In this document: positions 28,654 through 37,315 of the stretch, one piece after another
How the letters are laid out: every line of letters begins with the position of its first letter
Position numbering within the stretch: position 1 is the stretch's first letter
Source of the DNA: Patescibacteria group bacterium
Lineage (GTDB): Bacteria > Patescibacteriota > Minisyncoccia > Phycocordibacterales > CSBR16-119
Direction: 5' to 3'
DNA length: 64,000 nucleotides
Assembly: GCA_052033715.1 (NCBI GenBank)
Contig: JBPOJJ010000002.1
Location: 1,676-65,675 of the forward strand
The notes under the pieces: model-generated
Seen by the model: only the letters and a program-made list of their open reading frames with translations
Database searches by the model: none
What the model was told of the DNA's origin: nothing
Translations under genes and position numbers: made by a program

Positions 28654-30033
28654 CTAGAATTCCAATTCCACACTCTGATTTATCTCCGGAGCAATCGCCG
28701 TGATTCCTAAGTTGTCCCGAATCTTTTGCGCCAGAAACATCGCCGAACTCGTCTCGCCCATCACCGTGAAAACTTTTTGCAAAGTATCTTTTCCGGTCTC
28801 AACAAACTTAACTAAGTGAAACGAATCTTTGTGGCCCGAATAACCCTGAATCATCTCGATTTTGGCTTTTACTTTTACACGTTCGTTTAAAATCATAACT
28901 TCGTGCCGGCCTTCTTGGAGAATTCTGCCGAGCGTTCCCGGAACTTGATAACCGGTCAGAAGCAATGTTGCATTTGGATCAGAGAGATAGTTTTTCTCAT
29001 GATGGAGAATTCTTCCGCCCGTGGACATTCCAGACCCTGCCATGATTATTTTCGGTCCAGCAATTTTCAAAATGTTGATTGAGTCTTGAGTCACCTCAGT
29101 CTCGCGAAGGCCTGGAAATTGGAAAATATTATCACCTTGGCTAATCTGCATACGCACGGTTTCTTTGAGTAAATTCAAATGCTTGCGGAATACATCAGTA
29201 ATCCGAATCGCGAGTGGCGAATCTAGGAATATTTTCATCACCGGGATTTGCTTCGATTCAACAAAATTATTCAGTTCGTAGAGAAATTCCTGTGTACGCT
29301 CAAGTGAAAATATCGGCACCATCAGCACGCCCTTTTTCTTGTACGTTTCAAGGATGATTTTCTTGAGATTTTCTTCACGTTCCGCCCGATGCTCGTGGTT
29401 CCTATCGCCATATACGGACTCCATAACCAAATATTTCGCCCCCTCGATGCTTTCTGTATCGTTTAAGAGTGGCGATGGTGAATTACCCAAATCTCCCGTA
29501 AAAACGATCTTTGAGCCGTTATACGTGATTTCCGTCAGACACGAGCCGAGAATATGCCCAGCGTCTTTGAACATGACTTCCATGTCGCCTCCTAGCGTAA
29601 ATTTCTCGTGATATTCGCGCGTTTCCCACATCCCTTTTATCTGAGACAGTATTTGTGGCGAGTATATTTTGTTCAGATGAAATTCCGCCCCACTTCGTGA
29701 ATTAGCCAAAATGTGTGCCGTGTCTTCGAGCATGACCGCCGTCAAATCAGCCGTGGCTGCTGTTCCAATGATTTTACCTTTGAATCCTTCGTAGACAAGC
29801 TTCGGAATTCGGCCAATGTGATCCTCGTGGGCATGACTTATGATGAGTACATCAACTTCTGCCGGATCATAAGGAAACGGATCCCAGTTTTCATGCTCGG
29901 CCATTTTCTCGCCCTGAATCATTCCACAATCAACGAGTAATTTAAATCCGTCAGGACGTTCTAGTAAAAAGTTCGCGCCAGTAACCCAGCCCGTACCTCC
30001 GGCAAAAGTAAGCTTTAATTTTTTAGTTTCCAT
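28654..30033 (-). CDS. MBL-fold metallo-hydrolase of the beta-CASP RNA-metabolising family (RNase J/CPSF-like)
   Basis: 459 aa; HxHxDH (ISHAHEDHIG), beta-CASP and RMMBL-like C-terminus. Confidence 0.7.
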   Translation of the reverse strand: METKKLKLTFAGGTGWVTGANFLLERPDGFKLLVDCGMIQGEKMAEHENWDPFPYDPAEVDVLIISHAHEDHIGRIPKLVYEGFKGKIIGTAATADLTAVMLEDTAHILANSRSGAEFHLNKIYSPQILSQIKGMWETREYHEKFTLGGDMEVMFKDAGHILGSCLTEITYNGSKIVFTGDLGNSPSPLLNDTESIEGAKYLVMESVYGDRNHEHRAEREENLKKIILETYKKKGVLMVPIFSLERTQEFLYELNNFVESKQIPVMKIFLDSPLAIRITDVFRKHLNLLKETVRMQISQGDNIFQFPGLRETEVTQDSINILKIAGPKIIMAGSGMSTGGRILHHEKNYLSDPNATLLLTGYQVPGTLGRILQEGRHEVMILNERVKVKAKIEMIQGYSGHKDSFHLVKFVETGKDTLQKVFTVMGETSSAMFLAQKIRDNLGITAIAPEINQSVELEF

Positions 30034-30460
30034 CCCGCTTTTTTATTAGACTAAGATTTCGAACTTTGTTTAGGAAGTATGTGAGACCCACCAAGCTTCC
30101 AAGCGCGCCAAAGAGTAGATCGTCAACGGAGTCCATCGGGTTTGCTAGCAAGTGATCGAGACCGAAAATTCCTTGAACGGAAAACTCCATAACCTCCCAC
30201 AGACCCGCCGCGGCCAGAAACACCAAGGTATTAAAAACAAATAGGCTTCTTATGTTTCGGTGATTCAAAAATTTCAAATATTTTTCATAAAAAAGCCAAG
30301 CGAGGAAGAAACTTCCAACCACGCCACCGACAAAGTGCATCAGACGATCGAAACTAGTGAAGCTCTGATACCAAAAAAAATAGTTGGCAAAAGTATTTAC
30401 GACAAACAATCCGAAAAGCAAATATGCAAAGCGCCTAAAAATCTTTGATCGTAAATTCAT
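30023..30460 (-). CDS. small integral membrane protein (hypothetical)
   Basis: 145 aa, 4 TM helices. Confidence 0.4.
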   Translation of the reverse strand: MNLRSKIFRRFAYLLFGLFVVNTFANYFFWYQSFTSFDRLMHFVGGVVGSFFLAWLFYEKYLKFLNHRNIRSLFVFNTLVFLAAAGLWEVMEFSVQGIFGLDHLLANPMDSVDDLLFGALGSLVGLTYFLNKVRNLSLIKKRDGN

Positions 30461-30716
30461 GACTCAATTCTACTAGGCTTTCGACAAAAAGAAAAACCCT
30501 TTTTAAAGGGCCTGAAAGAAAAGTTTCTCTTTACGGCTATCCAAGTTATTATCCTAGCTTAATTAAAAACGTGGGTGCAATGTGACGCGAACCACGGCTC
30601 GAATCAACTTCTCGCTCCCCTAGGACTAATGTTCTAGATAATACTTTGAAATAACCGTGACTTAATTATAAGCCACGGTTATTCTATTCGCAATATGGAC
30701 AAAGTTTTATTTTGTT

Positions 30717-31193
30717 TTAGAAATTGTCAGCGTAGACGAGAGCCTGATCAATCTTGGTATATGAGAAGATTTCATCCTCGGAGAAGAATCTGGCAACTTC
30801 TTTTGCACCGTTTTCCACAGAATCAGATGCGTGAACGACGTTTGATTGGATAGACATGGCCAAATCACCCCTTATTGTTCCCGCTGGGGCTTCGTAGGCC
30901 TTGGTTGGACCAACAATAATGCGTACTGCGTCCACTGCGCCAATACCCGAAAGCGCCATCACGACGACTGGAGAAGATTTCATAAATGATTTGATACCAG
31001 CAAAGAAAGGTTTATCTTTGATGTGGGAGTAGTGATCCTCGAGCAAAACGTCTTCGAGAGTAAGCATCTTTAGGCCATTGATTTTTAAGCCCTTCTTCTC
31101 GAATCGGCCAATAATCTCGCCAACCAAATTTCTCTGGATGGCGTCAGGCTTCATAATGATAAGGACTTTTTCGTTTTTCGGATGAGTGTTCAT
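30717..31193 (-). CDS. ndk: nucleoside diphosphate kinase
   Basis: 158 aa from ATG at 31193 (MNTHPKNEKVLIIMKPDA...); active-site NVVHASDS; the track ORF extension to 31415 runs into a structured element and is rejected. Confidence 0.85.
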   Translation of the reverse strand: MNTHPKNEKVLIIMKPDAIQRNLVGEIIGRFEKKGLKINGLKMLTLEDVLLEDHYSHIKDKPFFAGIKSFMKSSPVVVMALSGIGAVDAVRIIVGPTKAYEAPAGTIRGDLAMSIQSNVVHASDSVENGAKEVARFFSEDEIFSYTKIDQALVYADNF

Positions 31194-31211
31194 ATTTCCT
31201 AGTGAGGAGCA

Positions 31212-31231
31212 TTTGCGAGCTTGCTCGCAAA
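31212..31231. promoter_or_regulatory. perfect palindrome TTTGCGAGC-TT-GCTCGCAAA in ndk 5' region (putative operator)
   Basis: 9-bp perfect inverted repeat 19-38 nt upstream of ndk start. Confidence 0.3.
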
Positions 31232-31332
31232 ATCTCCGAACGACGGAAATATACGAGACGAGCGGAGCGAGGGCTCTTATATTATTCTTAAATTTTAATA
31301 AGCGTAGTTTAGCAGACTTCCGTTCCCCCTTC

Positions 31333-31490
31333 AAGCGGAGCAAAACATGCCAGAAAAAGTTTTCAAACGCACCCGCAGTCCTGACGCCAAAGCGGAAGGA
31401 CGTGAGGGGGCGCACCTCTATTTCGACGGGTGTTACTTAGGAGGAATAGGCGCGCTTTTTGAAAACTTTTTCTGGCATGTTTTGCGGAGC
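31333..31490. repeat. structured intergenic element, copy A: conserved core flanked by ~26-bp closing inverted repeat
   Basis: AAGCGGAGC + stem AAAACATGCCAGAAAAAGTTTTCAAA ... core GAAGGACGTGAGGGGGCGCACCTCTATTTC..GTGTTACTTAGGAGGAATAGGCGCGC ... stem TTTGAAAACTTTTCTGGCATGTTTT + GCGGAGC; abuts stop codon of upstream ATPase gene. Confidence 0.6.
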
Positions 31491-34225
31491 TATATTTTCA
31501 TGAACTTATCCATCACTTCCTTCTCCACTTCATCTCTCGGCCTGCCGAATTTAAGGAATGACAATTCTTTGAGCGAGTCAACGATTTCCGGATTACCTGG
31601 TGGCAAGTCTTGAGTTCGAATGTTAAATGGTTTGACTGGTACACCATCAACAAGCATCGAAATGTAGGCGTTTCGATTATCGAGCTTCAATATGTCTTGG
31701 ACCGTAAACGTCGGTTCGAGACGTTTGACCAAAACCTCGGCATCTTCGGAGCTGATGCGAAAAATTCCCATTGAACCGACGTTTCCGAGAACCGCGTTTC
31801 TAATGTCATCAGAGAGCTGTGACAAGTATTGATGTGCAACATTAAGTGAGAGTTTGTATTTGCGAGCTTCGGAGAGGATTGATGAAATTGAGGGTGTGGT
31901 GAAGTTCTGGAACTCGTCAATATAGAGATAAAACGGTGGCAAACTTCCGGCTCCGTCAGCACGCGACAGTGCGGCCATCTGGATTTTGCCGACAAGTATG
32001 AGACCGAGTAGGTTCGCATTGATATCACCGAGCCTTCCCTTTGACAGGTTCACCAAGAGAATTTTCTTATTATCAATAATCTCGCGGAAATTGAAACTCG
32101 ATTTCTCCTGCGCAATAATCGGACGCATGATTTCGTTTGAGATAAACGTGTCGAATTTGGACGTGATGTATGGCACAAAGTTCTCAAGACCCTGCTCACC
32201 CGTCGTCGCCTCAGCCGTTTTCCAAAACTGGGTGATGATTGGGTTCGTACAATGAGACAATTTCATATCGCGGAATTTCTTGTCCGAAAGCACGCGACCA
32301 ATTTCAAGCACGGTGTTTCCTGATTCTGGATGGGCCATAACCAATCCAGCGGAATTTTTAAAATATTGTTCGAATAGCGGTCCGCCGGCCGTCTTCATGT
32401 CAAAGAGCTGATTAAAAATGCCTAGCAGTTCGTTAATAACGAGAGTTTTCTGTTCTGGACGCTCTGGGTCAAACTCAAGCATATTGAGCGCCATCGGCCG
32501 AGAGGTCGAAGCTGGATCAAAGTAGATAACGTCATCAATTCGATGTTTTGGAATATAAGAGAGAATTTTCTGAATATCAGTTCCGTGCGGATCGATATAA
32601 CAAACCCCATCACCTCGCTCAATATCCTGACGAATCATATTCATGAGAATTCCCGTCTTACCCGTTCCTGTTTGACCGATAACGTAAAAATGTCGCATAC
32701 GATCAATTTCTTTCAAGAACACGTCGGTATCTACACCACGATAAGAGTTGATACCAATCTGAATACCGTCAGTCCCCATATTGATAGGCACTGCCCCTAC
32801 ACCGGCTTTGGACTCACGAAGTTCTGGTGAGCCAGTCGTACCAACTGGGAAATGCACAAGCGTAGAAAGCTCTTTGAAATTTAGCGGCATAGCGTCGCGC
32901 TCGTTTGGCATACGGAAAGAAAATGCATGAAAAAATTGCGTCGTGTCTTTTTCTTGGACCTTGTGAAATCGAACACTGTTAGAGTTCGCCTTGGTAAATT
33001 GGGAAAAAGACGACTCAATGTTCGATATTATCTCGGCGGTACGGCCAGCGGATGGCGATGACGCAATGATGCGAATGTTTGCCAAGACGATGGTTGATTT
33101 GATTTTTTCAGAAATATTTTCGACGGCTCGATCATCGACGTCTTTGCCCTCATCGGACTTTTCCCTCTCCGCGACTTTCTGACTTTTGAAAAGTGATGTA
33201 CCGAAATTCTTGAACTCTTGTTTTATATCGTGAAAATCATCAAGCGCGTGTTTCAATTTTTCTCCATGTTTTACTTTGTCCAAGATTTTGGAGAATTTTT
33301 TGATATACGTGTCGCCAGCCGGCATAATGACGAACTGTAAAGCGGCTCCTTCGGTTGTCTTGTCGAGCTTGGAAAAGGCGTTCAAAATCGCCCCCATTGG
33401 ATCGTGGTCAAATTCGTCGTGAGTCTTGAGCGGAAAGACATCATGATCAGAAAGTGTGGCATAAGCACCCGAGGTTACGCCCTTGTCGATAAAAATATTG
33501 TAGTCGTTGGTGACTTCGGTCACACGAGCGTTTTTATAAAAAGAAAGAATTTGTTTTTCTAGCAAGCTCTTGCGATCCTTTGGAATTGAAACGTAGAGGA
33601 TTATTTCCGGTGAATCATGTGAGACAGAAATTTCAATAGTGAAATATTGCTTGAAACGATTTTGCTCACCTGACGCAATCGTCTGCATGCCGGCCAAAAA
33701 CTGCTCCATGGCCGTGAGGAAATCTTTAAAACTTTTACTCTCACCTTCGAGTGGCGGAAGCGTCACTTCGAAAAGAGCGAGGTTCAATGACTTCCATTCC
33801 GGCGTAGTTTCTTTGAGACCCGGAATATTGCCAGAGGTGTGCAAGAACTGAACAAGAAATCGGTGAAAATCATCCTCGACGTGAGGATTTTTCAAGCGCG
33901 ACACAATTTCCATGGTGTTTTTGATTCCGTGTTCGAGCAACATTCCATACAACTCCTCGATCTGGCTATCGTGCTCTTCGGGCTTGAGCGCGAGAGCTAC
34001 CGCTTCGGTTTGGGTATCTTCCATGCGGAAATTATCGTGCAAGACTTCGGCCGAGTCAGCTTTCTTGTACGCAGACAATGTCTCATGTGTCGCCTCTTCG
34101 CGAGACTTCTCGATATTTTGGCTAGCCAGAGATTGCTCATGCTTGGCGACTTGTTCTCTCAAATACGAAAGCTCCTCTTCGGGAGTTTTAAACTTCGGAG
34201 CTTCTCTCGAACCACCAAATTCCAT
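31490..34225 (-). CDS. VirB4/TraC-like (T4SS-type) P-loop ATPase, 911 aa, with ~500-aa uncharacterised N-terminal region
   Basis: Walker A HFYVIGQTGTGKTG followed by ...GVCYIDPHGT; Walker B YLYIDEFQNF; layout (long N-domain then ATPase) resembles VirB4/CagE/TrbE; no other T4SS genes nearby. Confidence 0.55.
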   Translation of the reverse strand: MEFGGSREAPKFKTPEEELSYLREQVAKHEQSLASQNIEKSREEATHETLSAYKKADSAEVLHDNFRMEDTQTEAVALALKPEEHDSQIEELYGMLLEHGIKNTMEIVSRLKNPHVEDDFHRFLVQFLHTSGNIPGLKETTPEWKSLNLALFEVTLPPLEGESKSFKDFLTAMEQFLAGMQTIASGEQNRFKQYFTIEISVSHDSPEIILYVSIPKDRKSLLEKQILSFYKNARVTEVTNDYNIFIDKGVTSGAYATLSDHDVFPLKTHDEFDHDPMGAILNAFSKLDKTTEGAALQFVIMPAGDTYIKKFSKILDKVKHGEKLKHALDDFHDIKQEFKNFGTSLFKSQKVAEREKSDEGKDVDDRAVENISEKIKSTIVLANIRIIASSPSAGRTAEIISNIESSFSQFTKANSNSVRFHKVQEKDTTQFFHAFSFRMPNERDAMPLNFKELSTLVHFPVGTTGSPELRESKAGVGAVPINMGTDGIQIGINSYRGVDTDVFLKEIDRMRHFYVIGQTGTGKTGILMNMIRQDIERGDGVCYIDPHGTDIQKILSYIPKHRIDDVIYFDPASTSRPMALNMLEFDPERPEQKTLVINELLGIFNQLFDMKTAGGPLFEQYFKNSAGLVMAHPESGNTVLEIGRVLSDKKFRDMKLSHCTNPIITQFWKTAEATTGEQGLENFVPYITSKFDTFISNEIMRPIIAQEKSSFNFREIIDNKKILLVNLSKGRLGDINANLLGLILVGKIQMAALSRADGAGSLPPFYLYIDEFQNFTTPSISSILSEARKYKLSLNVAHQYLSQLSDDIRNAVLGNVGSMGIFRISSEDAEVLVKRLEPTFTVQDILKLDNRNAYISMLVDGVPVKPFNIRTQDLPPGNPEIVDSLKELSFLKFGRPRDEVEKEVMDKFMKI

Positions 34226-34234
34226 AACAATATT

Positions 34235-34295
34235 GTATCATGCACCGAAAAAAGTATCTGTAGAAATGAAAGCGCCCCCGCTGTTGGCGGGGGCA
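34235..34295 (-). terminator. putative terminator after pyrC (GCCCCCGC-TGTT-GCGGGGGC) with downstream T-tract
   Basis: 8-bp GC stem; T-run ~20 nt downstream on minus strand; followed by TACAAT-like -10 for the ATPase gene. Confidence 0.4.
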
Positions 34296-34314
34296 CTCAT
34301 CTGCAAAGGGTTCT

Positions 34315-35487
34315 TCAGTCCATTCGATGGGCTGGATCTTCAACATCTTCTGGAATGAGGAGTTCGGGCCTCAAAGCCTCCGGGATGGTGGGCTTCCAAG
34401 ACAGCCTGCTACCTGCCATGAGCGGTGTGATGCCACCATAAGATGGTGGAATTTCCCAACCTTCTTCGCCCGCGTATTCAAGCTCGAACGTGTCATCGTT
34501 CGGCTCCATTCCGTAGATACGTGCACCGTTCGTGACAGTGAAAGCTTCGAATGCTGGATGGTCAAGCCTCATCATCTGGTCGAAAATATAGACCATCAAT
34601 GGCCCCATCACTGGCGAACTGAAAACGCCAGGGCATCCGCAACTGCAGAGCTTTGTCGGATCGAGGTGTGGCGCCGAATCGGGTCCAAGATGGAGCTTGT
34701 TGTATCCTAGTTCATCGGCACGAAGCACCGCTGTAAGCAATGCTTGTTGATCAACGAATGTCTGCACCGGTGGACGACAGTGATGAAATGGGTTGATGCC
34801 AGGATTTCCACCAGCGACCGGCCACTCCAAGACATCGTTACGTGTCATCCAAAGATGCTGCGGGGTAATGCCGCCTGTAATGCACTCCGGCATCTTCAAG
34901 ACCATTTCTAGTGTGCTCGCGGTAGAAATGTGCTCGATGTTGAAACGCACGCCCGGGAATTTCTCAACAAGTCCCAAGAATGCCTCTTCCATGAACACGC
35001 CTTCGCGTGCGTATGTATCGATCTTCTCGCCCGGCTGTTCGCCGTGCAAACAGATGATGAGCTCGCGAGATGCTGCTTTTTCGATCGCAGAGTACATTTC
35101 TTGGAATGAATTCCAAGCACTTCCCTTTTCGTTCGAATTGGTCACACCCTCGGGATAGATCTTGACCGAGCGACCACCGAGGCTTTGAAACGCGGCAAGC
35201 TCTAGTAGATGAGTGTCTTTCACCAGCTTCATCGCAACACTATGCCTCATCTGTGGTGCCCTTCTGTGAAGTTCGCGCCGGTAATTCTGGGAATCAGTCG
35301 CACTGAGAATTGGCGGAGCCGTATTCGGCATCCACACCTCGTGTTGCGCCCACCAAGCAGTGGTCGTTACGGCGGTATGGAAGCGTGGTACAGGCTTTTC
35401 GTTGCCAATCACGTTGCGAGCGTGCCCGTGGGTCTGGAAGAACTTACGGAATTTTCGGCGTTCGCCGATTTGCGGTCGTGTGTTCAT
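34315..35487 (-). CDS. pyrC: dihydroorotase (E. coli PyrC-type, class II)
   Basis: ~390 aa from internal ATG (MNTRPQ...). PyrC motifs WMPNTAPP, ITPQHLWMTRNDV, GPDSAPH, SCGCPGVF, FTVTNGARIYG. ATGA overlap with pyrD stop. GC-rich (~55%). Confidence 0.85.
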   Translation of the reverse strand: MNTRPQIGERRKFRKFFQTHGHARNVIGNEKPVPRFHTAVTTTAWWAQHEVWMPNTAPPILSATDSQNYRRELHRRAPQMRHSVAMKLVKDTHLLELAAFQSLGGRSVKIYPEGVTNSNEKGSAWNSFQEMYSAIEKAASRELIICLHGEQPGEKIDTYAREGVFMEEAFLGLVEKFPGVRFNIEHISTASTLEMVLKMPECITGGITPQHLWMTRNDVLEWPVAGGNPGINPFHHCRPPVQTFVDQQALLTAVLRADELGYNKLHLGPDSAPHLDPTKLCSCGCPGVFSSPVMGPLMVYIFDQMMRLDHPAFEAFTVTNGARIYGMEPNDDTFELEYAGEEGWEIPPSYGGITPLMAGSRLSWKPTIPEALRPELLIPEDVEDPAHRMD

Positions 35488-36446
35488 GCGAAGTTTGGGT
35501 GTTGGTTGATGGTTTTGATGAGTTCTTTCATGCGCCATGGACGCGTGATAGCAGCGGTACCGAGTGAAATGCCTTTGACGCATTTCAATTCAGCAAGCTG
35601 TTCAATATCCTGGACGGATGTAACTCCGCCCCCGGCAATGATCGGCTTTTTGAAGCCGCTATACTCAGCATGTTGAAGCCACTGCAGTGTCGTTCCGAAG
35701 ATTGGTTGTCCTGACAGCCCGCCGCCGCCATACTTTTTGAGAGGCGAGCCGTTTGGGAAATAGGTATGTACACCAGCTTCGGAAATGGCGCCGAATGGAA
35801 GAGTGTTGAAGCAAACAAGTCCAGCGCAAGCCGGATGTTCTTCGATCGCCTTGGCATCTTCAACGGACGTAAGCTGGTTGATCTTGACCAAGATCGGAAC
35901 ATCCAGGCTCGCAAGAACATCCAGAAGCGGCTTCGCAGCTTTTGCGGTCTTCGCTGTATCATGACCAGTATTAGGACAAGACACGTTCAGCTGTACCGCG
36001 AATTTCGTCATAAACCTGGTCTTGTTGACCAGATCTACGAATCCTCGCGCCTGAAATTCCTGCGCAATGGGATCGTCGCCGATCGCCATGAACGAGAGCA
36101 TGAACGGATCACGTCTACGCTGCCAGTGACCTTGTGCAATTAGGTGCGCAACTCCAGGTCCGCTAAGTCCAACCGAGTTCAGAACAAGGTTGTTAACGAA
36201 ATCGACGTGGACCGAATCCGGAAACATCTTCTTCAGGCCGATTTGATTCTCGGTCAATTCAGTATTCCCCTTGTTAGGATTGAATGTCGTCGTCTTGGCA
36301 CAGAACGTCATACCATCGAATGTAAATCCAGGCATGAGTTTGTAGAACGGATGATGGCGGTACTCGGTACCAGCATCACCCCCGAAGAAGCCTTGAACGC
36401 CAGAGGCGCCCACGGCAGGACTGAAGTGGATTCCTCCGATATTCAT
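35484..36446 (-). CDS. pyrD: dihydroorotate dehydrogenase family protein (class 1 DHOD/DHPD-like TIM barrel)
   Basis: 320 aa; NSVGLSGPG, LNVSCPNTGH, GGGGLSGQPI, IIAGGGVTSVQD motifs matching class-1 DHOD; GC-rich. Confidence 0.7.
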   Translation of the reverse strand: MNIGGIHFSPAVGASGVQGFFGGDAGTEYRHHPFYKLMPGFTFDGMTFCAKTTTFNPNKGNTELTENQIGLKKMFPDSVHVDFVNNLVLNSVGLSGPGVAHLIAQGHWQRRRDPFMLSFMAIGDDPIAQEFQARGFVDLVNKTRFMTKFAVQLNVSCPNTGHDTAKTAKAAKPLLDVLASLDVPILVKINQLTSVEDAKAIEEHPACAGLVCFNTLPFGAISEAGVHTYFPNGSPLKKYGGGGLSGQPIFGTTLQWLQHAEYSGFKKPIIAGGGVTSVQDIEQLAELKCVKGISLGTAAITRPWRMKELIKTINQHPNFA

Positions 36447-36518
36447 GGTAGGTGGTTGTGTTTAGTTGTTGTAGGATTGAATCCTTTGCAGATTGTAAAA
36501 GGACTCGTGTCGAGTGGA

Positions 36519-36547
36519 GTATATAGGTTTAGATCAGTTTTTGCAAA
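36519..36547 (-). promoter_or_regulatory. sigma70-like promoter for pyrD-pyrC (TTGCAA-17 nt-TATACT on minus strand)
   Basis: near-consensus hexamers with 17-nt spacer, ~70 nt upstream of pyrD ATG, immediately after map stop. Confidence 0.5.
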
Positions 36548-36550
36548 AGA

Positions 36551-37315
36551 CTATTTTGTGAGCACAATTGGCCCTTTTTCGGTGATGGCGACGGTGTGCT
36601 CGAAGTGTGCCGAGAGTTTGCCGTCTTTAGTTATGAACGTGTATTCGTCTTCGGTGACGTAGACATCGCCGGTACCGAGATTGATCATCGGCTCGATAGC
36701 GATAACCATGCCCGGAACAAGTCGCTCGCCCGTGTTGGCTCGGCCGAAGTTTGGAATATATGGATCTTCGTGGACACTGTAACCAACACCGTGACCCGAG
36801 AGGATTTTAACAATTCCGTAACCCATTGGCTTGATATAACTTTCAACCGCGTGACCAATGTCACCGACACGATTCCCGGGCTTCGCGGCCGCGACCGCGA
36901 GCTCAAGAGCTTTCTTTGTAACCTTGATCAATTCTTTGGCTTCTTTGGAAATCTTCCCGACCGGTACAGTAATAGCGCCGTCAGTGATGAGACCCTTGTG
37001 CACGAGACCGAGATCAAGCGACACGATGTCGCCGTCTTTTAGAAAAACCTTTTTGTTCGGGATGCCGTGAACGATTTCATCATTGATCGAGACGCATAGA
37101 GTCGCTGGATATGGATATGAAATTCCTTCGGGTGTGTAGTTTAGAAATGCTGGTTTATCTCCGCCCTCTTTTACAAGTTTGAATGCCAGATCATCCAGGG
37201 CTTTGGTCGAGACTCCCGACTTCGCTTCGGCTGCGACCAATTTCAAAATCTCGGCGTGGCGCTTGCCGCCTTCTCGCATGATTTTTATTTCTTCTTTTGA
37301 TTTGAGTTTGATCAT
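36551..37315 (-). CDS. map: type I methionine aminopeptidase
   Basis: 254 aa; full-length MetAP-I similarity incl. metal ligands (D..D..H..E..E pattern). Confidence 0.9.
   Translation of the reverse strand: MIKLKSKEEIKIMREGGKRHAEILKLVAAEAKSGVSTKALDDLAFKLVKEGGDKPAFLNYTPEGISYPYPATLCVSINDEIVHGIPNKKVFLKDGDIVSLDLGLVHKGLITDGAITVPVGKISKEAKELIKVTKKALELAVAAAKPGNRVGDIGHAVESYIKPMGYGIVKILSGHGVGYSVHEDPYIPNFGRANTGERLVPGMVIAIEPMINLGTGDVYVTEDEYTFITKDGKLSAHFEHTVAITEKGPIVLTK

Noticed and set aside
30540-30716. tRNA-like motif (CGGCTCGAATC) and hairpins in the intergenic region upstream of ndk's terminator
   Set aside because: Could not build acceptor, D and anticodon arms with proper spacing on either strand; treated as an ordinary terminator/UTR region.
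30717-31415. Track ORF giving a 232-aa Ndk with a 74-aa N-terminal extension
   Set aside because: The extension overlaps the structured element/promoter region and has no similarity to Ndk; the conserved Ndk begins at the internal Met (31193).
31333-31490. Interpretation of the long-stem elements as integron attC sites or simple MITEs with target-site duplications
   Set aside because: Ends do not match the attC RYYYAAC/GTTRRRY consensus. The two copies have different terminal inverted repeats but a shared core and shared outer tags (AAGCGGAG...GGAGC), which fits a structured functional element better than a transposed MITE.
34315-35583. Track ORF giving a 422-aa PyrC with N-terminal extension overlapping pyrD
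   Set aside because: E. coli-type PyrC is ~350-390 aa; an internal Met at 35487 gives the classic ATGA coupling with the pyrD stop.
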